Of a DNA stretch of 64,000 nt, positions 1 to 14,706 are shown one piece after another. The stretch is from Amoebidium appalachense (lineage: Eukaryota; Protista; Ichthyosporea). The position numbers and the translations under genes were made by a program. The notes under the pieces were generated by a model. That model did no database searches, was not told the DNA's origin, and was given only the letters and a program-made list of their open reading frames with translations. Numbering within the stretch: the stretch's first letter is position 1; each line of letters begins with the position of its first letter. The DNA is taken from positions 2,976,001-3,040,000 of the forward strand of contig CAVNZM010000014.1 in assembly GCA_963693365.1 (NCBI GenBank), in the 5' to 3' direction.

Positions 1-1719
<1,719 letters not shown>

Positions 1720-2348
1720 GCGAGCGAGAGAGAGAGAAAGCAGTGGTCGAAACGATAAAAGAATATGAACGTCGAACATCATAATCAACTTCTGGTCTCA
1801 ACTTTTCAGTATGTTTACGTGTTCCTCCAGCATGATTAGCCCGGTCTAGGGGCAGAAATATAGTGGGGTGGTACGTTGGCTTTTTAGGAAGGTTTGCTGA
1901 TTTTCTATGCGATGTAGGTATTCACTTAGGCGTTATGCACCCCTTTTTCTTTTCTTAGGGGATGCACACTCTTTAGCGGTGACATCTGCCATTTTCGATG
2001 CGTACTTGACATTCCTATCGAATCATCGTACATCTATATGATAACATGTGCCCCATACCCCATCCCCTTATGCAACCGCGTCCGTCAAACCAGGCCCAAC
2101 TTGAAATATCCCAACCGACTCTTAGTGCAGGAAAGATGTTCGGTTCAGCGCTTGAGCAAGCACACCGCTGTATAAGCTGCATGTTAGCCTTAGCCCAGGG
2201 ATTCGATGGCAGGTGGGACACGGTGTGGAGCCCACAATTCACTATCCAATGAAAGAGTAAACTAAGCAAATGGTTAAGTGGTGGTCTATCTATGCAAGTC
2301 GACTGGGATGTCTTATGTGTAGGCTCTGGACCTGTTGATATCATTACC

Positions 2349-2422
2349 TTGCAATGTGTCTGTGAACTTCCCCTTCCCCCCCCCCCCCCTCCCCCCCCCC
2401 CTCCCCCCCCCCCCCCCCCCCC

Positions 2423-2460
<38 letters not shown>

Positions 2461-2531
2461 CCTCTTCCCCACCTTGTTGCGGTTTTTATTTTGCAATGTG
2501 TCGTTGAACTTACCTTCCCCCCCCTCCCCCC

Positions 2532-2571
<40 letters not shown>

Positions 2572-2695
2572 ACAAATACACACATACACACACACCCTCC
2601 TCTTCCCCATCTTGCTGTGGCCCAGTTCAATGTCATTGCATGGTTTCCACCCTCTGTGCCTACATTCCTCGCCCCGACCCCCCCGAGGCTCCCCC

Positions 2696-2726
<31 letters not shown>

Positions 2727-3260
2727 ACACTGGTGCTGTTCCCCATTATCTACCTTACCCCTCCCTACTAGGCCTAGGCCCATAAAAGCACAGCCCAATC
2801 ATGCATATTCAGGCCTGCAGGTGCCACTGCTTTCTACTCCCTCTCTTTACCCTACTTCTTAACCTGGAAGCCCCTTCTCTTAACATTTCATTTGTTCTCA
2901 ACTTGTTTAACCTATTAGCCCCCCATCTCTCCCCCGGGGCCCCCTTGCTGCACTGTGTTGCAATCGCCCGTCGTGAATGTGAACTTCATACACCATGAAA
3001 AAAAACCCCTCCCCGGGCCCTCTCCCCAGCTCCCCCCCCCCCCCCCCCCCCCCCTCCCCCCCCCGCCCCCCGGTGCTGTTCCACATTATCCCCTGTCCCC
3101 TTAACTAGGCCCACAAAAGCACAACCCAGCTGAGTATGCATAACACAACCTGCTTTCTACCCCCCTCCCCCCCCCCCCTCCCCCCTTCCCCCCACACTCT
3201 GCCTCATCCTGGAAGTTCCGTCTCTTAAGGTCAAAGCTTTGTTCTCAATTCTGCAACCCA
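2349..3260. repeat. Degenerate local duplications interrupted by poly-C
   Basis: ttgcaatgtgtc..tgaactt..cacaccctcctcttcccca at ~2349-2482 and ~2491-2620; ggtgctgttcc..attatc..actaggcc..aaaagcaca..tgctttctac..cctggaag at ~2731-2900 and ~3072-3260. Confidence 0.75.
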
Positions 3261-3310
3261 TTCCCTCCCTCCCCATCCCTCCCTCCCTCCCTTCCCTCCC
3301 TCCCTCCCTT

Positions 3311-3341
<31 letters not shown>

Positions 3342-3508
3342 CTTCCCCCCCCCCCCCCCCCCCCCCTTCCCCACCCCCTCCCCGCGGAGACAGTCACCAC
3401 CATGATAGTATTATTGGCGGACTGAACCCCCATGCAGCCTGTCTGAGAAGAGCTGTACATTTGAATTCGATATTTTTATTTGCATTTTTTACCTTTTTTT
3501 TTTTTTTT

Positions 3509-3555
<47 letters not shown>

Positions 3556-3688
3556 TATATGCTGTTTATCAACGACATGTCCCCTCGGGTTAATGTTCCC
3601 TTTGGCCAATCCCCCCTTCCCCCCCCCCCCCCCCCAAAAAAAAAACAAAACATATGGCCATATGCCCCCCCCCCCCCCCCCCCCCCCT

Positions 3689-3719
<31 letters not shown>

Positions 3720-4123
3720 ACACCCCATCCCACCCGTCCCACCCGCGCCCCTTGTGCGCAGAAAATTATTTATAAGGCCCTGAGAATGAGAAGACGCAGA
3801 GAGCAAAAAAATAAAATAAAATAATATATAACCATGCATCCGATGCTTGTTCTGGCCATACATTATCTAAACAAAAAAGACGTCTCGGACTTTTAAGCCA
3901 AATTCCGGAAATTGACGGCGCCTGGACTGACTTTGAGAGCACGAAAACCCCTAAGAAAACACAAAAATGAACTAAAAACTAAAAGATAAGTATCAAATGC
4001 ATGTAGGAGAGAAATAGTAACTTAAAAAATATAAGAGCTTCATAAGGATTAAATAACAAAAAGGGTGTCCGAAAATGTACCGGCGACGGGGCTGTACTGC
4101 ATGTCCTGGGGTGGGGGGTATGA

Positions 4124-4301
4124 TGCACTGAATTGGGTGCACTGAATCGCTTTCCGGGCACTGAAACCGACCGGCGCGGGCGCGGGGCGCGAACCCGGGC
4201 CGGCACATGATGATTCAGTGCATCGAATTCAGTGCAAAAGCTCGTCGGCGTCGCCAGTGCTCATGTAAATTCAATTCAGTGCAACTTGAATTCAGTGCAC
4301 C
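4124..4301. mobile_element. MITE-like foldback with arrays of an AATTCAGTGCA motif
   Basis: Three gcactgaa motifs on the left face four attcagtgca motifs on the right around a GC-rich centre; no clean TSD. Confidence 0.5.
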
Positions 4302-4593
4302 TAGGGTTTACATAGTTTGCGCAAACTTTGGCGCCAAATCGCCCCGCACGGCCCGGCCGGCGGGCGCCTCGCGTGTGCCGACTCAGTATGGTGTGACGGT
4401 ATGTAAACGGCAAACCCGAAAAATTTTAGCACAATCATTCTTGGGTAGGCTCGCTAATTTCAATGCAGAAAGTCGTTGCAGTACCACGTGATACCTGCTA
4501 CTATACAATACACTGCGGCGTGTAGTGTGGCAGTGGCTGCGGCCTTTTTCTTCTCATTGCAGCTGCAGCTACGTGTTTCTCATCCTTTGAAAA

Positions 4594-4971
4594 ATGGGCA
4601 GGGTCAGACACGCTGCCCTTACCCCACTTACGTTGTGGTGGTGGGCTTTACTTCTGCTAGTACTAAGCGCTCAATTTCTGCTCTCGCAAACGCAATCACC
4701 GCCACAAATAAGTGGTGACCAGAGTGAACAGGAAAATGAGATTGCTGCAGGGGAGCAAATCAGGCCTGTATGTCAGATTCAGATTGTGCACACTGGTTCT
4801 GTATACCCAGCGTGGGGCAGTAGCGAATGTCAGGCATGGATAACCGAATGTTTGGAGCGCCATGCAAGGGAGCAACCCGTTTGTCCTGTGGTGTATTATC
4901 CAGACACTACGAATCAGCTAAGGGAGAACATGAGGAAACTTGTCACAAGTGGAAATGAGTTCAACAAGCTG
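4594..4971 (+). CDS. Orphan first exon of a signal-anchor/secretory protein; downstream exons not identified
   Basis: ATG4594, hydrophobic LTLWWWALLLLVLSAQFLL, 126 complex codons, ends at consensus donor GTAAGT (4972) in phase 0. Confidence 0.5.
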
Positions 4972-5183
4972 GTAAGTGGGTGGGCCACACACTTTTGACG
5001 GCCAAAAGGGATGCCAACGGAGGCAATGGGTGCACGTAAGGTTGAAGTTATAGTTGCGGAGGGGCAAGGTTGAGAGGGGGAGGAGGGAACCGGGGGGGGG
5101 GGGGGGGGGGGGGGGGGGAAGGACGACCCATGGACTACCTATCAGGTTTAGAGAGAGAAAGAGACCCGAGAGAGAGAGAGAGC

Positions 5184-5267
<84 letters not shown>

Positions 5268-5312
5268 TGGGTGTGTGTGTGTGCCGGTGTGTGTGTGTGG
5301 ATGTGTGTGCGT

Positions 5313-5425
<113 letters not shown>

Positions 5426-5939
5426 CGCGCGCGCGCGCGCGAAAGAGTGGGTGTGTGTGCGTGCACGAAAGCATGGTCTTTTTTATGACGCGCAAAGAAG
5501 GTGCTGAACACAACATAAACGTACAGCTGTTTGGGGTTAAGTCTCACTCTCTCCATGTTTTTATGGGTATGAAGGGGGGGGAGGGGGGGTTAGGGAGGAG
5601 CCCCTCGTGCACACACAAACATATGAAACATGCTATTCGCACATGTACACGTGCATGCACACACGCAGGCCACCAAGGCATCAAGTAGGTTTTCTAATCA
5701 TTTGGGGGTTGGCTTTGGGTGGGGGCATACGTGTGAATGGGTGGTACTTGAACTGGGCGAGTCACCGCGAAAGACGGGTAAATGTGTGTGTGTGTGTGTG
5801 GGTGGGTGTGTGGGTGTGTGGGTGAGTGTGTTTCGTGTATTTTTGTGTGAGGTTGGGGGTTGCACGGGGGCCGCGCGCAGGGGGGGGGGGGGGGGGGGGG
5901 GGGGACCGACAAAAAAAGGTCTTAAGTAACTGTGGGACA

Positions 5940-7676
5940 ATGGCTGCAGGTCGTGGGCCTAAGCGGGCTAACGGGTGCCAATGTGGCCGAGGCCAGCCAG
6001 CAGCAGTAAAGGAGCAGCCCGATTTTGCTTTGTGTGGAGGTAATGGAAATTCCAAACACAAGTATTCTTCCAAGTGCCCGTGTGCTAGGAACGGGGCTGG
6101 TTGCAAGGAAGGTTGTGCGTGTGGGGATAAGTGCGCAAACGAACACGGCAAAGCCCCTCCCCGCCCACCAGTGGTTAGGCCCCATAGAAAACGGAATCAG
6201 CCATCAGATGTCGACACGACTGTGGACGGCCCAGCTACGAAACGTGCCAAGATGGCCCCAACAATCCGAACAACCAATGTAACGGCCCTGGAGTACTATG
6301 CGTCAAAAAATGAACAGGTGTGTGCCATTTGGTGTTTTTCTATAGCCCCCCCCCCCCCTCCCCCCTTCCCCCCCTCCCCCCTTCCCCCCTCCCCCCATCA
6401 CTCCCCCTACCCCCCCCCCCCCCCCCAGCAGTCCCTTTCTCAGCCTCCCTTGCCTTTCGCCCGCAAGGCAGTCAATCTGCACATGTAGCGTTTGCACAGC
6501 CTCTCTCTTCCTGTTTTTACCAATGTAGCCTGCCCCCCCCCCCCCCCCCCCCCCCCCCAGGCCCCCGCAGCGCAGTCCCTTTCTCAGCCTCCCTTGCCTT
6601 TTGCCCGCAAGGCAGTCAATCGGCACATGTAGCGTTTGCACAGCCTCTCTCTTCCCGTTTTCACCACTGCAGCCTGCCCCCCCCCCCCCCCCCCCCCCAC
6701 CACCACCACTCCCCCTACCCCGCCCTACCCTCACCCGCTTTCCCCCGACTACCTCCGAAAGTTGTTACCCTGCTGGCCTTTTTTTTCATTATTATCACCC
6801 CCCCCCTTCCCCCCCCCCCCCCCCCCCCCCTTCCCCCCTCCCTCCCAGGTTCGGCAAGGACCATGGAACAGGGCTGAGTCCACAGTAGCGGAGCATCTGA
6901 TAGATGCACTTGCAGCAAACGGCATCAATCTGACCACCGCCAATTTGCTTTCCAACTACAACGCACTGCGTGACCTAGCTGAAACAAAACAGATAAAACT
7001 ACTGGCCCTCCGACCAAAGCAGGAAAAGCAAGTGAAAGGTAAATTAGACCTAATCATGAAAGACCGTCAGTTCCGTGCTTCAATTGCGCAGGCTGTAGAA
7101 ATGAGTCTAGAGTATGATGTCGGTGATGGATGCAGGATGGAGGATTTTGCAGCTCCACCAGCCAGCCAATCACAGAGCAAACATCCTAGCCAATCACAGA
7201 GCAAGCATCTTAGCCAATCACAGAGCAAGCACATTAATGGTTCGCAAAAATCCAAAATGAGTTTGCGCAAAGTTCCCGGTCCAAGCGCAAAGAGCAGCAC
7301 GAAAAAGAAAACCAACGGACCGATGGGTAAAGAGTTATGGGTAGACCACAGCTATGATGAGTCTGTAGTGCGAATACAATCGTTTGCTTTCAGGGCTTCA
7401 CAGCCTTCTCTTCACGCTACCCAACAAACCCCCCCACAACAACGACCGGCGCCTCACCTGCACAGCACACAACACCGCCCGATTCTGCCCGCACCTAAAT
7501 ACCCAGCCTACCCTATGCAACCGCATGCAGTAAGGTGTCCTAATGGTGCTTGCGGCTGTGGTTTTGCTATTGGACCTGAATGGTTTTACATTAGGGTTGC
7601 ATGTCCTGGGTGTGGGCATGGAGTGTGTGTGTTTCCCACTGCACATGGTACACGGGCCATTTTTGCCAACAATTGA
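5940..7676 (+). CDS. CXC (tesmin/TSO1-like) Cys cluster + Myb/SANT-like + C-terminal Zn-ribbon protein, ~401 aa (exons 5940-6317, 6849-7676)
   Basis: CQC...C...KCPCARNGAGCKEGCACGDKCAN; phase-0 GT6318..AG6848 join; GPWNRAE...RPKQEKQVKGKL; CPNGAC...CPGC near the C-terminus; TGA at 7674-7676. Confidence 0.7.
6427..6680. repeat. Tandem duplication (~105-bp core) in the CXC gene intron
   Basis: gcagtccctttctcagcctcccttgccttt...cagcctctctcttcc...agcctgcccc at ~6427-6535 and ~6572-6680. Confidence 0.9.
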
Positions 7677-7834
7677 TTAGGGCAGAGAATACTACTAGTA
7701 GTGGGGCACACACTTTGGTGCGCACTCTTGCATGGGCCATGGGCTCATGCACGTACACATGCACACAGGCAGGCACGCATGCACACATGCATACTATTAG
7801 GACGTACAGACACATACACACAGACACACACACA

Positions 7835-7925
<91 letters not shown>

Positions 7926-7992
7926 CACACACACGGCACACGCACACGCACACGCACACGCGCGCGCGCGCGCACACACACACGCGCGCGCG

Positions 7993-8048
<56 letters not shown>

Positions 8049-8561
8049 CACACACACATCTAGCCTAGTAATACGCTGTGGAGGCGTAGCTTAGCTTTTA
8101 GGTTCATGAATAAGTATAGGTATAGGCTAGTTTCGTATTCTTTTTTAGCCTGAGCTTGTAGCAATAAATGATAATATATGTTATGTTATAGAGATGATAA
8201 TGACAATACCAGTACCTAAATTTCAGAGCTGGCATATGTGCCCGAAAGCATATTTACTGATGATCAGAGAATTCGTGTTGTCGTACTGAAGCTAACACAA
8301 GTGTGCACAGACACACTTGCACACACACGCGCGCGCGCACACACACACATAGACACACACACATGCACATGTATGTGCCGCAAGCACACACACAGAGAGG
8401 TACACACGTACACACGGAAATGTAGGCGCGGCCTGGCGCGCGGGACATCAGTATCATGAGTCATGTTATGCACACATACATAGATGTGTATCGGTGCGCC
8501 TGCATACATACAGAAAGATAACTACGCAATGTGTCTGTGCAGGTATACACACACACGTGCG

Positions 8562-8639
<78 letters not shown>

Positions 8640-8665
8640 ATGAACACACACACACACACACACAT

Positions 8666-8712
<47 letters not shown>

Positions 8713-9306
8713 CACACACGGACACACAGTCACACACACACACACACACACACACACATAAATTCGAAGTTGCCATTATGTATGAAGTTTTCATTTTGAT
8801 CCATATTAATAGTGGAACTGGTACCCGGTACCCGTGGTTTACCCCCCCCCCCCCCCCCCAGTTTTGTTCCCGCCCCCTTTCCCCCCCCCCCCCCCCCCCC
8901 CCCCCCCGGGGTCCCCTTCGGAGGACCCCAGGACATGAAGTACCAGCCCGGCGACGCCCGTACGTGTCGGGGCTCTGAATCATTTCATGGAATATGCGGC
9001 GGGCCGAGATTTTAATAAGCCATTCGGTGAAAAAAGAGCGTGGCAATAGCGTTTCCGGTACTAACATTATTGGCGATTGCAACCAACAATGGAACGCATC
9101 AGTAAATGAGCAAATTCGGCAAAAACATTAAAACTGATTCCAAATACGATTGGAGAATTATAGGCATGGTATTTTAAAAAATATGATGACCAATCGTTAG
9201 AGCGACAGCCCTTCAACTTGCGTCACCGGTTTTCCTAAATTCTGTTGATTAAAGCCAATCACAAAGCAGGAAAACACCGGGAAATGCCATGCACGCGCCA
9301 CGCGGG

Positions 9307-9340
<34 letters not shown>

Positions 9341-9922
9341 GAGGCTATGCGGCTTGAAGTTGAAGGCATTCCAAATATGCGCACTTCTGTGTCTTCGACA
9401 CACGGCCATTTTTGCTGTTCAAGATACCCGTGCTTCGACGGCTGTATGTGGGTCTAGGGCGTGTTCGTACACGGTAGCCTGGCACATGGCATGTGGTGTA
9501 CGGGTGCAACCACAGAGCATCGGGCAGTACCATTAACATTGTCTCTTCTTTTATTCAAAAACCACTCCAAAACCACAACACTCCGCGAGTCTACATCCTC
9601 TTATGCTCCCTTTCATCTCCTGCTACGCTCCACCTCGTCTATTCCTGTTTTTCGTGTATATCATCATCATTTCTAACCTAACTTGCATCCTGGTCCCCGA
9701 CATGTGTCTAAAGTAGATAGTTTGTGAGACGATCTCTTGGCTGCTTCACCAATACAAACGCACTCAGCATTGCGTTCCCCTTACCAAAGCTTTCTGTGTG
9801 CTTGCGGGGTGGGGGGGAGGGGGTGGGGAGGGGGGGTGAGGCTGCAGAGTGAAGGTCGCCGCATCTGCCATCTGAAGGGCCGGGGGAGGATGAATAAGGG
9901 GGGGGAGGCATATGGCCATATG

Positions 9923-9966
<44 letters not shown>

Positions 9967-10005
9967 CTTTCTGTGTGCCTGCTTCCTGGTTGTGTGCGTA
10001 CGAAC

Positions 10006-10065
<60 letters not shown>

Positions 10066-10808
10066 GAGGGGAGGGAGGGGGGGGGGTTGTTAACGGGGGA
10101 ATGGAAGGGGAGGCTGCAGAGTGGTGATCGCTGCATCTGCCAGCTGAAGGGGGGGCGAGGGAGGGGAGGGGGGGGGGGGGGGGTCACAGGGCAGGGGGAG
10201 GGGGGGGGGGGGGGAGGACTCCGAGGAGAAGTTGGGCTGCGGCACCAAACACCCGGTGGCAGTGCAACACCATGGTTAGTCAACAACAACCTGTGTCACC
10301 TACTGCATTGGGTTGTGGCAATAAACTGCCCGTTGTGGCGTGTCCCTTCTTCACAACATCCCTGAGAAGCTTTGTTTCGGCGTTTAAATGTTGTCTTTGC
10401 CGGAAATTTTTGTCCGGGGGTGAGGGGGAGGGGGGGGGTTGGGGGGCGGGGGGGGGGTAAGATTGAAACCCCATACGTAATTGTACAATTACGTGTACAG
10501 CAAGTCTAGACCATACACGCCGTGTGATAAATTCCCTCCCAATTGACGCCTGCCAGCAGCAAGCACACACACTTCCGCTTTCCTGATGACTTGGACTGCC
10601 TGACTGGCGCCCGCGGCGTAGCGGGCGCCCAGACCTACTTGTATGTCAGAATCATTGGTAGTGTAAGAGCAGCAAAAAGAGGGCCGTGCTAAGAGTCTCG
10701 GTCAAAGGCTTCGTTTGGACATCGATCGATCAAACGTGGCCCCTTGGAAAAAAGATTCCCGAGGGTTTCGAATGGGCACCGCTGCACGTATGTACGTACA
10801 CTACATAC

Positions 10809-10847
10809 GAAGGCCTCCTAAATAGGTGTGCTATTTAGGAGGCCTTG
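10809..10847. mobile_element. 39-bp TIR-only insertion with 8-bp TSD
   Basis: Perfect 16-bp IR aaggcctcctaaatag/ctatttaggaggcctt with 5-nt spacer, flanked by ctacatac at 10801-10808 and 10848-10855. Confidence 0.7.
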
Positions 10848-10967
10848 CTACATACATACATATATCGCGGCACACCGACCGGCCCCGGCTTCACCCACTC
10901 ATGACACAATGGCGGTTACATTCACATATAGATTCCACCCCATATAGATTCCACCCCAACATGTACA

Positions 10968-11143
10968 ATGCTTCTCCGCGAGCTTTTGGCATCCACCGAG
11001 GCGCTCCGCAGCAGCGGGGCGGCTGTGTTGGAGTAAGGCTTTGAGGCCGCCCGCGAGCTGTGTGCCCGCGAGGAGGCGCTGGAGGCGGAGGCCAACCGCC
11101 TGCAGGCAGAAAGGCGGCAGCTGCAGGCAGACAGGTGCTCATC

Positions 11144-11214
<71 letters not shown>

Positions 11215-11409
11215 CTCTCTCTCCCTCCCTCCCTGTCACTCCCTTTCCCCGATACCTCCCTCCCTCCCTCCCTCAATCCCTCCCTCCCCCCCCCCTTCTC
11301 TCCCCCTCTCCCTCCCTCCCTCCCTCCTTTCCTTCCTCCCTTCCTCCCTCCCTTACCCTCCCATCCACCCACCTGCTCACCTTCCATCCCTTCCTCCCCC
11401 TCCCTCGCC

Positions 11410-11440
<31 letters not shown>

Positions 11441-11596
11441 AAAAAAAAAAAAAAAAAGCTCCTTCGGTGAATTTTCCCCTTTCTTTCTTCCCTCTCCCTC
11501 CACAAAAAACTCTTCGGTGATTTTTCCCCATTTTTTCTTCCCTCTCCCTCCCTCCCTCCGCTCCCCCTTCCCTCCCCCCCCCCCTTCCCCCCCCCC

Positions 11597-11628
<32 letters not shown>

Positions 11629-13211
11629 ACTCCCCCTGGCACCCGCTCCCCCAGGCCATCCCCAGTAAAGGCAAAGCGTCTTAGTTACACAGGTGTGAAA
11701 GTGTTTTTGCCTCTGTGATTTGTGCCAACCCTTCTTTTTTTTTTTTTTCAGGGAACGGTTCACTGCCGAGTGTGAGTCCGTGCGGCAGCTGAATGCACAG
11801 GCCAGCGACCGCTTTGTTCTTGACGTGGGGGGCCGCCACTTTGCCACCACCCGTCAGACGCTATGTGCGGTGCCCGACTCCATGTTGGCCGCATAGTTCA
11901 GCGGCCGCCACGTAATTCAAACATGCGAAGACGGCACCGTGCTTATCGATCGATGCCCGGTGCTGTTCGAATATGTTCTCAATTTCATACGGAAGAAAAG
12001 CTTTTACGCCATGTTGCCGAACGACGAGAACCTGCGGGAGGGGCTGAAGGAGGAATTTCTGTTTTTCGGTCTAACGTGGCCTGAGGAAATCGAGCCGTCG
12101 ATTATCAATTGGTTTACTGAGGACGCCAGTTGTATAATCGTGGGCCACCAAGGCGATCCAGTCGAAATAGGCCCAGGCATCTTTTGGCCGAGAATCGGCT
12201 GCTGACTTATTGGGTTTCACATGTTGATAGAGACCCTGATACCGAATATTCCGCTATTCTGTGGGACACCAACACTGGGCAAAGTATATGCACATATCCG
12301 ATGCGTGATGGGCAGTTGGGAAAGGTATATGCACATATCCGATGCGTGATGGGCAGTTGGGAAAGGTCAGGGAAGTTGATGTGGACTTTATGAAACGATT
12401 TGTGTTGTTCCATTACAAGAAGGCAAACCATGAGGCTGTGGTTCTGTGCAGTTTTGTCGACGGCACCCGCGAATACACGTTTACATTCACAGACACGGTC
12501 ATTCTCAGTTTTATGGTTGCGATGGAAACACTTTTGATCATCCTGTGTGAGGTTGAAAACGGAGGGGCTGCTTTGGAAGCAAGGAGCATTTACACAGGTG
12601 AAGTATTGTGGCGTAGGGAGTTCTTGGCGACAGACGACCCCCCGACATCGCTGCCTTGGCGTCACAGCAATGAAGCGTTTGTTGGGGCCGATGACTATAA
12701 TAGGCTTGTGGTGCTCGACATGGAGTCTGGTAACACTTTGTACAAGACAAAAGCTCGTGCACTAGTAGTGCAGTTCCAGGCTACATGTTATTTAATCACT
12801 GGCAAGCGGTTCACCCATGTGTTTTTGCGCAAAGCAGATGAAGATTCGGACGACTTGGAAATGGCGTACCAGTCGTGCGATGAAACGGGCGCAGTGGGGC
12901 CGCTAACAACCACTGATTTTGCAACCGAGGGCATGCACGGAGACAGTTGGGCTTTTGAGCCCCTTTCTTCCAATTCGACGATCTGCACTACAAACGGAGT
13001 AGAGGTGACCTTTTATCCCTTTGAATATACGGGCAATTCTGTGCAGGCCAATCAGTGCATGTCATGGAGCCCATCGGTGGGAGACGATGTGTCCGTGCTT
13101 CAGGTCGACATTTGTGGGAGTTCGTGCGCTTTGCTTGGTTCAGATGGAAAGATTAGAGTTTGGAATCGGGGTGGTTTAGCGGAAGAAAGCGGCTTTTGGG
13201 TTGGAGCATAG
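10968..13211 (+). pseudogene. Coiled-coil + KCTD-type BTB/POZ + beta-rich C-terminal domain pseudogene
   Basis: Exon 10968-11134 spliced to 11752; FVLDVGGRHFATTRQTLCAVPDSMLAA*FSGRH...IDRCPVLFEYVLNFIR. In-frame TAA 11034, TAG 11894, a frame change near 12150-12200, and a 41-bp tandem duplication 12284-12365. Confidence 0.88.
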
Positions 13212-13482
13212 CGTGTTATACACGTAGTTGCCCTCTGACCTTTTTTTTGGCGTAGTGATTGTTTTGCCGTGCTCCTTGGTTCTATAGGCTTTTTTTTTTT
13301 TTTTTTTTTTTTTCTTTCTTTCTTTCCCCTTCCCCAATCAGCATTGTTTCTTCTCTGGCCTGTCTCATCGCCCCCATCCATCGCTTCCAACCTTCCCGTC
13401 TATAACTTCCTCCCTCTTACACGCACACACACGCCTACCCGCACACACAACACACACACACACACGCACACACACACACACG

Positions 13483-13547
<65 letters not shown>

Positions 13548-13799
13548 GCACACGCTTACTGATCTCCCTCTCTCCCTTCTCCCTCCTCCTCACACTCTCT
13601 CTTGTCGAGCCCAGCCTTTCCCTCTCCATTTCTCCCCTTTCCTCCCTCATAATTACACACTCTGGTTCTCTCTGTCTTGCCCTAGCCCTTTTGCTTTAAT
13701 GTTTTATTTTCTTGCTCTTGTTTACCTGTCCCCACTCATTTCAAAAGGTTTTTTACTTTCCGTCTTGTTCACTTCTTAGGTCGATGTGACTGTGTACGT

Positions 13800-13869
13800 A
13801 CGATATCAAGTAGACTGTAAATGAATTGAATGAATTGAACGATATCAAGTAGACTGTAAATGAATTGAA
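13800..13869. repeat. Short tandem duplication (39-bp period)
   Basis: acgatatcaagtagactgtaaatgaattgaa occurs twice in tandem. Confidence 0.9.
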
Positions 13870-14545
13870 AACCGAAAAGCTCACGAAGTACTTTTAAAGG
13901 CATGGGTGAGATGTGTACACATGCTCTGAGTCAAATAACAATAAATTTTACAAAAAGTTTACACAGATATGAAACTCGGTTGATGCACAGAGAACAAAAT
14001 GGCAAGCACCAAACCGCAGATATATTATATGCTGCGTAACCCCTCCTCCCCCCCCCCCCCCCCCCCCCCCTCCCACACACACACCACCACCCCTCCCCCC
14101 CCCTCTCCCCCCCCCCCCCCAAAAAAAAAAGGCGTCTCGGCCATGGTACATACCGCCACCACCACACACATGCACACCATACCTAGCAAAGCTGCAGACA
14201 CCAAAATTTAAAAATAAAAATAAAAAATAGGGATCATATAGCTGCGGACCTCAAATGTCACAGTGCGGCGGATTTTTTTATCTTTTCAACGGTTCGTCTG
14301 GGTACAGTATATATATTTCCTAAATTTTTTGATTTGCAGATAAATAATGAGGTCTGGCCACTTTTATCCCTGTGAATAAACTAGTAGATGTTAACTTGCA
14401 GCATCCTATTGATGTACGTTTACGTTCTCTTAGTTGCTCCCTATATGGGTCTTTTGGCCCGCTGGCGCCAGCATATGCATTCCTTTCCATATTAGGGAAG
14501 CTACGTCTCAGTACGATTATTGTATCTCCTTAACTCAAGTGAGAT

Positions 14546-14706
14546 AATGCATGGGCCGCCTTACAATTGTGTATTTTATGCACTGGCGTTGCTGTAAGGT
14601 TAAACTTCTGTGTCACGAGGTTCGACAGAACACACCTACACGAGTACCGATGTGGTATGTTAGTCCACATTGTTTCAGTTTCTAGCTGTAAGGCGGCTCT
14701 GGCATT
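14546..14706. mobile_element. Old MITE-like element with ~20-bp imperfect TIRs
   Basis: aatgcatgggccgccttaca versus reverse complement of tgtaaggcggctctggcatt (17/20); no TSD seen. Confidence 0.45.

Noticed and set aside
2015-2330. ORF-like complex sequence downstream of Rap1
   Set aside because: No recognisable domain or splice-consistent structure; may be 3' UTR or a decayed insertion.
4124-4301. Regularly recurring short motifs as a CRISPR-like array
   Set aside because: Motifs are ~11 bp, in both orientations, with irregular spacing, in a eukaryotic context with no cas genes.
10606-10629. GC hairpin ggcgcccgc/gcgggcgcc as a Helitron 3' end
   Set aside because: No CTRR terminus at the expected distance on either strand.
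9330-10650. Possible minus-strand exons or gene relic between the CXC gene and the BTB pseudogene
   Set aside because: Complex sequence, but I could not build a consistent spliced frame or recognise a motif.
11034-11896. In-frame TAA and TAG in the BTB gene as evidence for stop-codon reassignment
   Set aside because: The same gene has frameshifts, and intact genes here end in TAA (PNKP, PPR), TAG (secreted protein) and TGA (Rap1, CDT1).
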